This document shows, one piece after another, positions 1 to 10,574 of a stretch of DNA of 64,000 nt. The notes beneath the pieces are model-generated. The model was not told where the DNA came from and searched no databases. It saw nothing but the letters and a program-made list of their open reading frames with translations. Source of the DNA: a virus. Taxonomy: Duplodnaviria; Caudoviricetes. The stretch covers positions 2,099-66,098 of IMG/VR virus record IMGVR_UViG_3300006213_001191; one strand, given 5' to 3'. Within the stretch, counting starts at the first letter, position 1, and the number at the start of each line of letters is the position of its first letter. Position numbers and translations under genes: made by a program.

Positions 1-1052
1 TCATTCAGTCTGTTTAACTGGTCGGCTAAATCTCTTGCCTGATTCGGATACAGATGACTGTAGGTATCCAGTGTCGTCTGAACCTTTTCATGTCCAAGCC
101 TTTCTGCAACCAGCCTTGGCTGCGCGCCTAACTCCGAAATCAGAAGCGACGCATGACTGTGACGAAGGTCGTGCAGACGAATTTTCTTTACACCAGACAA
201 TTTTACTCCCCGAATCATTTCATGCTCCAAATAAGATTTCGTAACCATAAAGAGCCTGTCCCACGTCATCATTCCATAAAGTCTGCCTGCATAATCTTCC
301 AGCTCTTTCACCAGAAAATCCGGCAGGGTAATCACTCTTTTGTTTTTTTCCGTTTTGGGTTCTGTTATTACATTTCTCCCGTCAAATCTCTGCAGTGACT
401 TTGAAATTCTAAGAGTTTTTTCTTCAAAATCCAAATCCCCCAAAGTAAGTGCCAGCAGTTCGCCCACGCGAATTCCAGTCCAGTACATGGTAAGAAAAGA
501 ATAATAACTCACTGGCTTATCTTTCACACACTCAAGGAACTTTTCAAACTCTTCCTGTGTCCAGTAACTCATTTCCTCTGCCCTGCTCTTTCCCATAGAG
601 CCTGCCTGTGTACAGGGATTCCTTGACAAATCATAATACCGGACTGCGTAATTAAAAATTGCGTTGAGCTGGTTATTAATCGTTTTCAGATATGTCTGAG
701 TATATCCCTGTTTCATCAGTAAGTTCTGCCATTTCCTGACATCTGCTGCCGTTATTTCAGCAATCTGCTTTTTTCCGAAATATGGCATAATCTTTAAATC
801 AACAATATACCATTTCGAGCGTATAGTATTTTCACGCAGACGGTTTTCCATATCCTCCCAGTATAGTTTTACAAAAGATTCAAATGTCATATCCAGATTT
901 CTTGCCTGCTGTGCCTTAAACTGCTCTGCCCATTCCACAGCTTCCTTTTTGGTACGAAAATTTCGTTTATGTTTCTTTTTGCGGGTACCCATCCAGTCGC
1001 TATAATAAAACTGCACATCCCAAAGTCCTTTTTCGTTTTTAGTTACTGTCAT
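1..1052 (-). CDS. int: Tyrosine integrase (3' end runs off window)
   Basis: Manual translation from ATG 1052 (RBS AGGAGA) is open to position 1: MTVTKNEKGLWDVQFYY...WTGIRVGELLAL...IRLHDLRHSHAS...RLGHEKVQTTLDTYSHLY (R, HxxR, H, Y catalytic set). Not in ORF track because no stop lies in the window. Confidence 0.97.
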   Translation of the reverse strand, partial: MTVTKNEKGLWDVQFYYSDWMGTRKKKHKRNFRTKKEAVEWAEQFKAQQARNLDMTFESFVKLYWEDMENRLRENTIRSKWYIVDLKIMPYFGKKQIAEITAADVRKWQNLLMKQGYTQTYLKTINNQLNAIFNYAVRYYDLSRNPCTQAGSMGKSRAEEMSYWTQEEFEKFLECVKDKPVSYYSFLTMYWTGIRVGELLALTLGDLDFEEKTLRISKSLQRFDGRNVITEPKTEKNKRVITLPDFLVKELEDYAGRLYGMMTWDRLFMVTKSYLEHEMIRGVKLSGVKKIRLHDLRHSHASLLISELGAQPRLVAERLGHEKVQTTLDTYSHLYPNQARDLADQLNRLN

Positions 1053-1111
1053 TTTTACCGTCTCCTTTTCAATTAATGCAACCAGCCTTGCGTTGATTAC
1101 TAATGGCAGGC

Positions 1112-1141
1112 GGCGGATTAGGCAAACTATCCTAATCCACC
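1112..1141. promoter_or_regulatory. Hairpin between xis and int
   Basis: GGATTAGG(1115-1122)/CCTAATCC(1131-1138) inverted repeat. Confidence 0.45.
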
Positions 1142-1158
1142 AGTAATAAGCCTGAATC

Positions 1159-1341
1159 CTACAGACCATAATACTTTTCTTTAAAATACCGCTTGGGAAT
1201 TCTGCCTGCAACCACAATATAGCCTTTTTTCTTTAAATCCATATTCAGTTCTTTGACAATTTTATAAGCATGTCCTCTGGATACTCCCAGCATATCTGCT
1301 ACTTCCAAAGCTGTGTAAAATATACACTCCTGCATGTTCAT
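1159..1341 (-). CDS. xis: Excisionase-like HTH protein
   Basis: TALEVADMLGVSRGHAYKIVKELN motif; directly upstream of int. Confidence 0.8.
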   Translation of the reverse strand: MNMQECIFYTALEVADMLGVSRGHAYKIVKELNMDLKKKGYIVVAGRIPKRYFKEKYYGL

Positions 1342-1414
1342 GCACCTCCTTAAAAATCAATCATTCTATATCTGCACAATAAAATATTACACCATTAAAA
1401 TTTGGGCTTTTACA

Positions 1415-2764
1415 CTAAATTATATTATAAGCTTGCCTCCATTTTAAACAGCAGAGACATGGCTTTGGCTGATTATCCTGTTTTTCTCTGGAAGGACGCC
1501 TTACTTTCCGTTCTGTTACATGCGGATAAATGTTTATAATCGCCTGAACTAATTCTCTCTGACTGCATAATGGAGGTTTATCATCTGCAATTTTGGCATA
1601 TTCTTCATAATACCTCTGATATCCTATGTAAATATCAGTTTTAGGAATTGCATCTTCCCTAAATCCGGTATACTCCAATGCATGATATATAAACTCATCA
1701 ACATATATGTTTTTTCCCATCCACTGATTTTTTATATTTCTGGATAATTCTGACTCAGGAAATACAATTCCCCCGTCATCCCTAATAATTTTCCCCAGTT
1801 TACGGACTGCATTTGACATCACCGCTGATTTTTCCTTTTGAAGCTGCTGTGGCATATCTGCAATTAAGCTATCTAGAGGTGTAGAATGAATAAATGGAAT
1901 TACAATTAATCTCCGATAAAACGCATCATCTATGGTATTTGGCGACAAATATAATCCTCCATTACTGGCTAAAAGGAGCTTAAATCTTATAATAGAAGTA
2001 ATATCATTCTTATATTTTGCCGCTACCCTTATTACTTTTTCACCAGTAAACTTCTTTATTTGTGCAACAGCTTCTTTTCCAAGCCTTGATGTATTCATCT
2101 CCAGACAAGATAACAAAATAGCCCGATCAACACCTGCAAGTGAAAAATTTTCCTTTAAATGGTCTAAATCAATAGTTTTACAACATTCTACGGGAAATAA
2201 CGATTCTATAAACTGTCCGAGAATACTTTTACCCGAATCCTTCGCATATGCCATATCAAAAAAACATTTACCATTTCGATTAGGAATAACCAGATATGCC
2301 AGCATATAATCAAACATATCCATAGATTCCCTATCTTCTCCTGTTGCGTCTTTTTTTAATTTGTTGTAAATAGGAGTTTTTTCTGATTTCTCAATATAAT
2401 TGCAGCTAATTTCATAGTAATATGGCAGTTTACCAGAATGAGCATATGTCTTTTTTGTCAACACATCATATACACAATTCTGAAATACTACTCTATTTTC
2501 AATCATCTGAAAATCTTCTTCTGTAAAACATTTCTCACCCTTCATATATTTACAATACATCTCATATTCTATAAACATACTTATCTTATTACAAAAAGTA
2601 TCTATATTTTCTATAGTTTTTTTGAAATTTTTGTTTATGTATGTATAAACCAGATGATTTAAAGTTTTTCGATTAATATGCTCCCAATAATGCCCGTTAA
2701 ATCTATACAGTCCTTCCCCTTCCATAGTTGGACTATACAGATAGCAAAACTCCTCTTTTCGCAT
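1415..2764 (-). CDS. D5/P4-family primase-associated SF3 helicase
   Basis: Degenerate Walker A AKDSGKS, KKFTGEK, FKLLLASN, DAFYRRLIVIPF typical of D5-type helicases. Confidence 0.85.
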   Translation of the reverse strand: MRKEEFCYLYSPTMEGEGLYRFNGHYWEHINRKTLNHLVYTYINKNFKKTIENIDTFCNKISMFIEYEMYCKYMKGEKCFTEEDFQMIENRVVFQNCVYDVLTKKTYAHSGKLPYYYEISCNYIEKSEKTPIYNKLKKDATGEDRESMDMFDYMLAYLVIPNRNGKCFFDMAYAKDSGKSILGQFIESLFPVECCKTIDLDHLKENFSLAGVDRAILLSCLEMNTSRLGKEAVAQIKKFTGEKVIRVAAKYKNDITSIIRFKLLLASNGGLYLSPNTIDDAFYRRLIVIPFIHSTPLDSLIADMPQQLQKEKSAVMSNAVRKLGKIIRDDGGIVFPESELSRNIKNQWMGKNIYVDEFIYHALEYTGFREDAIPKTDIYIGYQRYYEEYAKIADDKPPLCSQRELVQAIINIYPHVTERKVRRPSREKQDNQPKPCLCCLKWRQAYNII

Positions 2765-2831
2765 AATCTGTTTCGCACATTCATATGGTTTTTGCTCTCT
2801 CTTTGATAAAGTTCTTTGAATAGTCTGCTTA

Positions 2832-3425
2832 TTATTTTTTATCTAATAATGAAGGTAAAGCTGCATTTATATCTTCCATCTTCTCAAATGGCTCTCTAAT
2901 CTGATTGTCAGACATGTCAATGCTTATGTCTTCCAAACCTTCCCCATTATCAGACCAGTCAGAATTCTGTACAGCCTCAAAAAACTTATCCATACCATTG
3001 CCCGTGTTTAAATCATCCCCTCTCTCTTCTTCATAACCATTGAATATCTGTACACATCCTTCAACTTCATCTGTATCATTATATAAATTTTCCTCTCTAA
3101 TTTGATTGTCAAACATATCAATATTTATCGATTTCAAATCCTCTTCATTGTTAGACCAGTCAGAATCTTGTATAGACTCAAAAAGCTTATCCACATCTTT
3201 TTCAGTCTCATACATAATTTCATCAGTTGTTGGAACTGGAAGAGTATTTTTCTCCGCCACTTTGTCTGCATAATTGTCTGGATTTGATGTAACTGAATCA
3301 CTCTTATCAACTGATAATTTGCTGTCATATAGTATCTTTTTTGGAGCATATCTTCTCTTTCCATCATCCTTTTGTACTCTCTGTTCCCATTGTTCCTGTA
3401 ATTTCTGAAAGTTTTTATTCCTCAT
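2832..3425 (-). CDS. Hypothetical acidic protein with internal ~33-aa duplication
   Basis: DKLFESIQDSDWSNN..IDMFDNQIRE / DKFFEAVQNSDWSDN..IDMSDNQIRE. Confidence 0.7.
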   Translation of the reverse strand: MRNKNFQKLQEQWEQRVQKDDGKRRYAPKKILYDSKLSVDKSDSVTSNPDNYADKVAEKNTLPVPTTDEIMYETEKDVDKLFESIQDSDWSNNEEDLKSINIDMFDNQIREENLYNDTDEVEGCVQIFNGYEEERGDDLNTGNGMDKFFEAVQNSDWSDNGEGLEDISIDMSDNQIREPFEKMEDINAALPSLLDKK

Positions 3426-3851
3426 TTATCTCTCTTCTTCATATCCAAAGCTGCTTATGTTTATCGTTTTTACTGTTTCACTCTGTGAATCAACCCATGT
3501 AAAGCTATATTCATTATCCATGTATTCTAATTTCCAGATTAATCCAAAAATTCCCTTAAATGGCATTGCGCACTCAGAAATCTTTTTCTTTCCTATAAAA
3601 TATTCCTCATCATTGTATTTCATAATAATAGTATTTTTCTTATGCGGAATCATAATAAAGAAAGTTTCACATGTATCCTGTGTAGCACATATTATTTGTT
3701 CTTCAGTATCTCCACTTATAAAGACTGCTATATATCTGTCAATAGGATTTTTAATTTCTTCTGCAGCATTATTTCCTTCATAAAGAAACGAAGTTCCATT
3801 ATTTCCTCTCAGCATAATTACTTTAGTTGTGGGTTTCAATTTTTTTGACAT
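3426..3851 (-). CDS. Hypothetical protein
   Basis: RBS GGAGGT upstream; abuts the next gene. Confidence 0.7.
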   Translation of the reverse strand: MSKKLKPTTKVIMLRGNNGTSFLYEGNNAAEEIKNPIDRYIAVFISGDTEEQIICATQDTCETFFIMIPHKKNTIIMKYNDEEYFIGKKKISECAMPFKGIFGLIWKLEYMDNEYSFTWVDSQSETVKTINISSFGYEEER

Positions 3852-4129
3852 TTTAATTTACCTCCAATTTACATTTTTATAAATCCCGGCCGCGGTTTAT
3901 GCTGGCATTTTACTCTTTTTAATTGCGTAATGCAATAATGCCAAATTCTACTTAAAAAATTTTCTGGATTCAAAATTTTTGACCTTTATCCTATGTTTTT
4001 TGTGCATATTGCACAAAAACTATCTATCTCGTATAAAATTTGACTTCTTCAAAAAATCATTCCCTATTATTTTCAAAAATAATTGAATTTTTATAAATAA
4101 AAATAGTGATAATCACTATTTGATTACCA

Positions 4130-5047
4130 CTACTGTAAAAACTGATATAAACAAATTTCTGTCATTACTTTTTTTATATCTAATTCTATATTTATTTCTT
4201 TAAAACACTCCCAAATTAATTGAACCATCCTTTCAGATTTTAATAATGTATTTTGTGCTTTATGTATTAAACCTTTAATCTCTTTCCAAATTTTATCTCG
4301 TGGTTCTTTAGTTGAGTCTATCTCTTCACCTGTGACTAAATTTTCTATTTCTTCTTCTAACCACTCCTCTTCAATTTCTCTTATTCGCTTAAAAACACAT
4401 ATTATAAGAAAACGATACTCCATAGCTGAAATAAAACTAAAACCATTTTTGAATGGTTCTAAGCAAATACAAATCGCCCCAATCAATTGATTATAATTTT
4501 GATTTTCTATATAGCTATAAATAATATTATCTACATCAAAACGGCCTTCGTTTTCAGTATAAAACATTTCTTTATATGATTTGGTATCATATGTAAAATA
4601 CTCATATTTAATTTGTTTAGTAAATTCTTTACCAAAACATTTTTCTAATTGTTTTTTTAAATTACGAAAATTTATAGAAGTATATCTATCTTTTTTGAAA
4701 GGACTAGCTATCAATATATTTGACTTTTCTAAAGTACCGCGTAGACCTAACATAAAAGCAATAGTATCATAAAATCCTGTTCTTTTATTTGGTCTCTTCC
4801 ATATCCCTATTAATACATCCAATAATGATTGCTTAATAATGATTTCTATAAAACCAAAATTTTCCAAGAAATCATGTATATCTTCTAAAGTAACATAAAA
4901 TCCTTCTTTATCAGGCTCTATACTTTTTTCAAAATAGTATTCAGCATAACATTGAATTGCCCAATATAAAACGTTTAGCATATCTATCTTTTTTATAGAA
5001 CTATTTCGGCGATAATTTATTAATACAGAATTATAATTCATCATCAT
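4130..5047 (-). CDS. Hypothetical protein, very AT-rich
   Basis: ~305-aa ORF; start placed at the MMMN ATG overlapping the upstream gene. Confidence 0.7.
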   Translation of the reverse strand: MMMNYNSVLINYRRNSSIKKIDMLNVLYWAIQCYAEYYFEKSIEPDKEGFYVTLEDIHDFLENFGFIEIIIKQSLLDVLIGIWKRPNKRTGFYDTIAFMLGLRGTLEKSNILIASPFKKDRYTSINFRNLKKQLEKCFGKEFTKQIKYEYFTYDTKSYKEMFYTENEGRFDVDNIIYSYIENQNYNQLIGAICICLEPFKNGFSFISAMEYRFLIICVFKRIREIEEEWLEEEIENLVTGEEIDSTKEPRDKIWKEIKGLIHKAQNTLLKSERMVQLIWECFKEINIELDIKKVMTEICLYQFLQ

Positions 5048-5600
5048 TATAATCCTGACCCCAAAGATAAAGTACAAATAAATTCATATATAAATATTTT
5101 GAATTTGATGAAATTTTATTTGGCTTAATATAATGAGAAAAAAAACGCTCAACTCTTGACAAAAATAAGAACTTTGACTCCTCAAATTTTTGGCTACTAT
5201 TCCAACCTTCTAAATCATGTGAAAATATAAATAACTCTTTTATCTTCTGAATATGTTCGCCATAAACTTCCTTTTTACTGATTTCATCTGTATATACACA
5301 AAAATCATTCCAAAAATCCTCTTCAGAAATACTATCTTTTTCCTCGATTCTCATTTCTGATATTATCATCTTACTATTTAATACTTCATATAAAAGATAA
5401 TGTATATTATTAATTAACACATGGATATTAAGGTACTCACTCATCAACCCATCCTTATCAGTTTCGTCTATATAAACACACTCGCATATGAATTGTAATA
5501 TAGCATTTATGTTCTCAACCTCTCCAAATTCTTCATCTGTTTCCTCATTTCTAAAATCTTGTTCAATTACCTCTTTTAACTTTTTAATATCAATTCCCAT
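5031..5600 (-). CDS. Hypothetical protein, very AT-rich
   Basis: 189-aa ORF overlapping the downstream gene. Confidence 0.7.
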   Translation of the reverse strand: MGIDIKKLKEVIEQDFRNEETDEEFGEVENINAILQFICECVYIDETDKDGLMSEYLNIHVLINNIHYLLYEVLNSKMIISEMRIEEKDSISEEDFWNDFCVYTDEISKKEVYGEHIQKIKELFIFSHDLEGWNSSQKFEESKFLFLSRVERFFSHYIKPNKISSNSKYLYMNLFVLYLWGQDYNDDEL

Positions 5601-5765
5601 ATTTTAATCTTTATCCGCTATTCTTTCTATAAATATATAAAAAATATATAAAAATTTTTTTCATATAACAGTATCTTTTCTTCCTCACCAAAAACATTTA
5701 CCACCAATTAGATTTTCATCTGTCAGTCAACAATGCGTTAAAAAACAAAAAAAGGAGTTACGCAT

Positions 5766-6845
5766 ATGCTTAATTACTCAATTCATACATATGAATTATA
5801 TATCAAAATTACTTTAAATGAATTTTGGAAATTATATGATTTTCTTAAAGAACTACAAGTTTCCATAGAAAAATCAACATTTTTATCATATCATAAAGAA
5901 CTGGAAACAACAACATTTATTTTTAGAAAATTACCTTATTATGGTATTAGTAGTATTAAATTACTAAAAACAGATTACGATATAGCTACATGGCAATGTT
6001 ATTTATACATTATTATCAATCCGTATAATGCCTATATAAAATGTTTGCAGTCAGATGAAAACATTATTGATTCAGAAAAAATATATGATGCCTTGGAAGA
6101 GGTTAATTTACAACTCCTACAATTCCTTCCTCATAACATTTACAGCCAGTTACGATTATATCGCATAGATTTCTGCGTAAATCTTTTATTTAGTACGCAA
6201 CTTCAGGCAGAAGAATACATAAAACTACTAAAACAAGGCGTTTATCCCAAATGTTTAAAAGAAGATTTACACTACGATAATACTCAGCATCGCTATATTC
6301 CATACAAAGATTCTCTTCTTTTAGAATGTGGTTCATACTCTTTTGAAGTATATCCAAAACATATACAGATGAAAAATTCTTCTTTACTTTCAAACATAGA
6401 ATCCGGAATTGTACGAATTGAACTTCGCGCTAAGCGTTCAAAATTAAAACAGCTATCTAAGAAATATGGTATGGATTTCTTATCTAGTGATTATGTTCCA
6501 GCTTTAGAAAGCGCACATATAGTTGCAAAACAGGAAATTACAAATATACTACGGAAAATGGTTGGAAATACGGACTTTTACTCTTTTATATTTACAAAAA
6601 ACAAAATACTGGAATCTACATTTTGTGATTTAGATAAGGAGTTATTGTTAATAGTTCTCCAATATTTTTCCAAGCACAGAAAAGGAAAAGAATTTTTAAA
6701 CACATATAATTTAAGTCATAGTGACTGGAAAAAAATTATTAAAAAATTCAACCAACTTGGCTGCAGTCCCATTACAGTTCCTAGAAGATACTCGTGTAAC
6801 GAATATCCTGGTATCGACAGTTGGAATACTTATTTTCTTTCATAA
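5766..6845 (+). CDS. Putative Rep_trans / phage gpII-like replication initiator or relaxase
   Basis: RIDFCVN, YPKHIQ and GIVRIELR resemble the RxD, YxK and RxE motifs of that superfamily; RBS AGGAG. Confidence 0.5.
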   Translation: MLNYSIHTYELYIKITLNEFWKLYDFLKELQVSIEKSTFLSYHKELETTTFIFRKLPYYGISSIKLLKTDYDIATWQCYLYIIINPYNAYIKCLQSDENIIDSEKIYDALEEVNLQLLQFLPHNIYSQLRLYRIDFCVNLLFSTQLQAEEYIKLLKQGVYPKCLKEDLHYDNTQHRYIPYKDSLLLECGSYSFEVYPKHIQMKNSSLLSNIESGIVRIELRAKRSKLKQLSKKYGMDFLSSDYVPALESAHIVAKQEITNILRKMVGNTDFYSFIFTKNKILESTFCDLDKELLLIVLQYFSKHRKGKEFLNTYNLSHSDWKKIIKKFNQLGCSPITVPRRYSCNEYPGIDSWNTYFLS

Positions 6846-6981
6846 GAAAGACTTATTTTTTATAGTAGAAGAGGCAATTATGTTAAACAAGTAAAATATA
6901 ATAGTTATTGATATTTAAAATTTACAATACCCTTTTATATTTTTTCTTAGCACAAAAGCCTCTTCCATATCACTTTTTGTC

Positions 6982-7140
6982 TATGCTAAAAGACATGCCA
7001 GATATTCATCCGCCAACTGTCTGGAAATAAATGTCTGGACAACCCCATCCACCGAAAAATATTCCTCTTTTATATTATCCCAAATAGCATACGGCTCTTC
7101 AAAAGCATCCGTGGTTTCACAAATCATATATCGTTCCATA
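6982..7140 (-). CDS. Small hypothetical protein (~52 aa, MERYMICETTDAFEEPYAIWD...); coordinates approximate
   Basis: Manual translation; RBS GAGGT. Confidence 0.55.
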
Positions 7141-7191
7141 TTCTTATACCTCTTTCCTCTGGCAGCCTAACTATTTATTTTTTTGCTAAAA

Positions 7192-7365
7192 CTATGTGTT
7201 TTGTATATATTCTTCTACATCTCTTCTGGTCACTATCCATTTTCCGCCAATGAAATGCCCTTCTATAATATTTTCATGTATTAACTTTAATGCTGTATTT
7301 TTTCCTATATGCAGAACTTTCTGTAAATCTTTCAATGTTAAAGTATCTGGTACATTATCAAGCAT
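7192..7365 (-). CDS. Second excisionase-like (HTH_17) protein, 57 aa
   Basis: Manual translation MLDNVPDTLTLKDLQKVLHIGKNTALKLIHENIIEGHFIGGKWIVTREDVEEYIQNT; RBS AAGGAGG. Confidence 0.75.
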   Translation of the reverse strand: MLDNVPDTLTLKDLQKVLHIGKNTALKLIHENIIEGHFIGGKWIVTRRDVEEYIQNT

Positions 7366-7582
7366 TTTAAGTGCCTCCTTTATTTTTTATTAACCCAATG
7401 TTTATGAAAAATCGGTTTATATAAGCTCTTTCAGGTTTACTACAGATTATTCGCTGCCCTTTGAGTATAAAATTATTTTATTGATTATAAATATTTAAAC
7501 TTGATACTTTCATCAATATAAAAAAGTTCCTGCTTAAATCAGATAACTTGTATTCTTTCAGCCAAAGATACCAGATAATAAA

Positions 7583-7634
7583 TAGGTGTCAGTATGGTAC
7601 AGACTATCACCTAATCTGTACCCACTGACACCTA
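7583..7634 (-). terminator. Long hairpin downstream of the DUF5688 gene
   Basis: TAGGTGTCAGTATGGTACAGA / TCTGTACCCACTGACACCTA imperfect inverted repeat. Confidence 0.55.
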
Positions 7635-7666
7635 CAGTTCTTACTTTTCCCGCTGTCTTTTTTATG

Positions 7667-8566
7667 CTATTTTGCAATCATCATCTTTCCCAAAGTCGTG
7701 TTGTAATAATACACATGATAGGAAAGTATTTCTTCTGGCTCCAGTTCAGAATCATTTACCTCTGACACAGCCCTTGCAAGTTCCATCAGATTATCCTTCA
7801 TCCAGAGTTTTGGTATCACAAGCACTTCATGCACAGAAGAAGGCAGCAGCCAGAAATCGTCTTTCAGAAAACAGCCTATTTCACGAAGTATTTCTTCATC
7901 GCACATATATATTGCGCCGTTCTGACCGCGTTTGCTGCCAAGAATATATATAGGCGTATCCTCTATGCCGTCAACCGGTTTCATTTCGCTTTCATCTAAG
8001 AGTAAATTTAATACATCTGACATCTTTCGGAAATCCACATCGTGATTTCTCATATTTCCCCATGCAGTGTCATGAAGGAGGCTTTCGCTTACTCCCCACA
8101 ATGCCATATGTTCATTCCTAACCTGAAACGCCATATTTTCCTCTAGTCCGGTGTCCTTCAGAATTACATAATAAACCTGTGACAAATCAAGGTATTTTCT
8201 GTGCGGAACTTCATTAAGAAAATCTCTGTTTTTTTCTGTATTAATTACTTTTACGTGTATATTATTCTTCGCCGAATCCCACTGGATAAACTCTGAAATA
8301 TCTTTTCCGATACATATATGATTTCTGCAGATTTCGCAGATTTTTTCTGCTATTTCACTGATATCCCCACAGTGTAAGATATAGTGTTGATACCACTTGT
8401 CCATAGGGACAAGTGGATGTATATTTGTGCCGGGTTTTACCAGCATCAAGGAATGTTTTATGCTGTTATTCATTCCTCTCAATGTCTGCTTCTCCATTTT
8501 ATATTCGTCTCCAAGCTTTATCTGCAGTTCGTTCATAACCGCAGATAAAAATTCTTCAAAATTCAT
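7667..8566 (-). CDS. DUF5688-like protein
   Basis: C-terminal FWLLPSSVHEVLVIP..LSYHVYYYN motif. Confidence 0.75.
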   Translation of the reverse strand: MNFEEFLSAVMNELQIKLGDEYKMEKQTLRGMNNSIKHSLMLVKPGTNIHPLVPMDKWYQHYILHCGDISEIAEKICEICRNHICIGKDISEFIQWDSAKNNIHVKVINTEKNRDFLNEVPHRKYLDLSQVYYVILKDTGLEENMAFQVRNEHMALWGVSESLLHDTAWGNMRNHDVDFRKMSDVLNLLLDESEMKPVDGIEDTPIYILGSKRGQNGAIYMCDEEILREIGCFLKDDFWLLPSSVHEVLVIPKLWMKDNLMELARAVSEVNDSELEPEEILSYHVYYYNTTLGKMMIAK

Positions 8567-8578
8567 TCTTTTTTCCTC

Positions 8579-9285
8579 CTACGCTGCCTGTGCTGATTTT
8601 GTTCTGGCGAGGACTCTCATTACCTTTTCATACAGCTCCGCCGACATTTCCTCTGGTTTTCCAATATCATACCTCTCCCTGACCTTCTCTATTGTAACCC
8701 CTGTTCTGTCTAGTTCTGCCTGAAAGGAGTTTATCTGTTCTTTTGAAAGACAGGAATTTTTTCTGCTTCTGGCTTTTGTGCCAAACTCATATACTAACTG
8801 CCCTTTTCCATTTATAATAGAAAGTCCCGTAATCTCCCTGTCTTCATTATACTCAATAAAGTGTACTGAAAAATGCTCACTGCTGTAATATCTGTCGCCT
8901 CTCTGCTGAATACCGGCTTTTTCCGCTGGTATCCATATAAAAGGTGCAGTGTAAAGCTCTCTTCCAATCCCCCAGTTAAAACATGCCCTTTTAAAACTGT
9001 CAGAAGCCTGCGATTTCTCTTTTTCCGCATAGCTGGTAGTTCCTACATCCTGTTTTGATACCCAGCAGCCAGAAGCTTTGTCATAAATTTCCACTGTACA
9101 GTACAGGTTTCCGTCTATACACTGGTGGCTCCGCTTCCAGCCAAAAAGACCAAAGGTTTCATCAAGAATCCTCTGGTCTACTCTTGCATCCTTATACAAC
9201 AGAGGCTTAACCCCTTCTCATTCACCACTGCTGCCCTGCACTCAATTTCATTTGCGCGCAGCAGCCGGATAATACTTTTTTCCAT
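8579..9285 (-). pseudogene. Sak/Rad52-like single-strand annealing protein, split by an apparent 1-nt deletion near 9200
   Basis: ATG 9285 gives MEKSIIRLLRANEIECRAAVVNEKGLSL; the frame then shifts to LYKDARVDQRILDE...EKEKSQASDSFKRACFNWGIGRELY. Confidence 0.75.
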
Positions 9286-9300
9286 TGTTTTTCCTTTCTT

Positions 9301-9633
9301 TTAGTCTGTCTCACTGCCCCAGAAACATCCGCTTTCAAATTCACTGTCCACATGCTCCACAAGCTCCTGATATGAACTGTCTTCCTTTTTCAGCCAGTCC
9401 TGATAAATCTTTTCCAGTATTCTCGTACTCTGCTCTATAAGGCTTAACAGCACCGCATCTGATATGGAGTCTGCTTTTTCCATAAGAATATTGTATAAGC
9501 TCGAAAATACCTCTATCTTATAAGCCTCTCCATAAACAGACTGCTTATCCTGCATCAAAATGGATTGTTTGAAATCCTGAAGCTCGCTGTACAGGCGTTT
9601 TATAAATTTCTCTCTGACTGCGCTTTTCTCCAT
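9301..9633 (-). CDS. Hypothetical protein
   Basis: In operon; RBS GGAGG. Confidence 0.75.
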   Translation of the reverse strand: MEKSAVREKFIKRLYSELQDFKQSILMQDKQSVYGEAYKIEVFSSLYNILMEKADSISDAVLLSLIEQSTRILEKIYQDWLKKEDSSYQELVEHVDSEFESGCFWGSETD

Positions 9634-9644
9634 ACTGCCGCCTC

Positions 9645-10574
9645 CTATGCTGCCCTCACCTGAAATCTTCTGGAACTGGAAACCTTTGCATAATTCTTAT
9701 AAATTTCCGGCTGCTCCTGCTTTATCCTTCTGGTGTCAAGCCTTGTTGTATCCACATTGCTCCATGATACCTGATATTTCCCGCTGTATGCCACCTCATT
9801 ATCTCGCATAAAAAGCTTTACTTCCTGCTCAATCTGCTTCTGCTCTTCCTGCAGGCTGGAAATGGAAAGCAGTATTTCCTCTCTGCGTTTCAGCTTGTCG
9901 TCAAAGCCTACCAGCTCAATTTTTCTTTCTTTTCTTGCCGTATGAAAATACTGCTCCAGCACCTCGTCACAGACTGTGGAGCCATCGGGCGGCGGAATGG
10001 TTCCTGCTTCCACATAATTTTTCCAGAAATTTTCTTCCGCTGCTGTAAGATGTTCAATCAGCGCGTCGTCCCAGACAAGTTTCCTATATGTAAATTCTCT
10101 GCCGAGAATCACTGCCGCAAGATACCATGTTCTTTTTCCCGTCACTGCCATATAATGATAGCACTGCATAATATAATGAAGCGGGATATCACCGTCTTTC
10201 CATTTGTCCACATTGTATGCACTGGCGGTTTTGCACTCAAGCCCTGCATCCTCTCCTGCTACAAAACGGTCGATATCTGCAATCATAAAAGGATGCTGTG
10301 TGCTGCGGTACATAAAGTTGGAACGCCGCACCTTCAGACCTGTCGCTTCCATAAACCTCCTTGCAACATAATCCTCAAGGTCGTGTCCCTGCCGGACTGC
10401 CTCGCTATACAGTTCCTTTATTTCTGCGCTGGTTTTATCCATAAATACCTTCATTGGGCTGCTGTATGGATTCACACCGCAGACTGCCCCTGCATCAGAA
10501 CCGCCGATTCCAGATTTTCTCAATCTCATCCAGTCTTCGCGGCTCATTTCTGCTGTTGAAATTTTTTGATACAT
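9645..10574 (-). CDS. YqaJ-family viral recombinase / exonuclease
   Basis: WMRLRKSGIGGSDAGAVCGVNPYSSP, GLECKTA, HYIMQCYHYMAVTG; start placed at ATG 10574. Confidence 0.92.
   Translation of the reverse strand: MYQKISTAEMSREDWMRLRKSGIGGSDAGAVCGVNPYSSPMKVFMDKTSAEIKELYSEAVRQGHDLEDYVARRFMEATGLKVRRSNFMYRSTQHPFMIADIDRFVAGEDAGLECKTASAYNVDKWKDGDIPLHYIMQCYHYMAVTGKRTWYLAAVILGREFTYRKLVWDDALIEHLTAAEENFWKNYVEAGTIPPPDGSTVCDEVLEQYFHTARKERKIELVGFDDKLKRREEILLSISSLQEEQKQIEQEVKLFMRDNEVAYSGKYQVSWSNVDTTRLDTRRIKQEQPEIYKNYAKVSSSRRFQVRAA

Noticed and set aside
9843-9853. 11-nt match of spacer 4 (CTGCAGGAAGA) to the YqaJ gene
   Set aside because: Too short; expected by chance and does not extend
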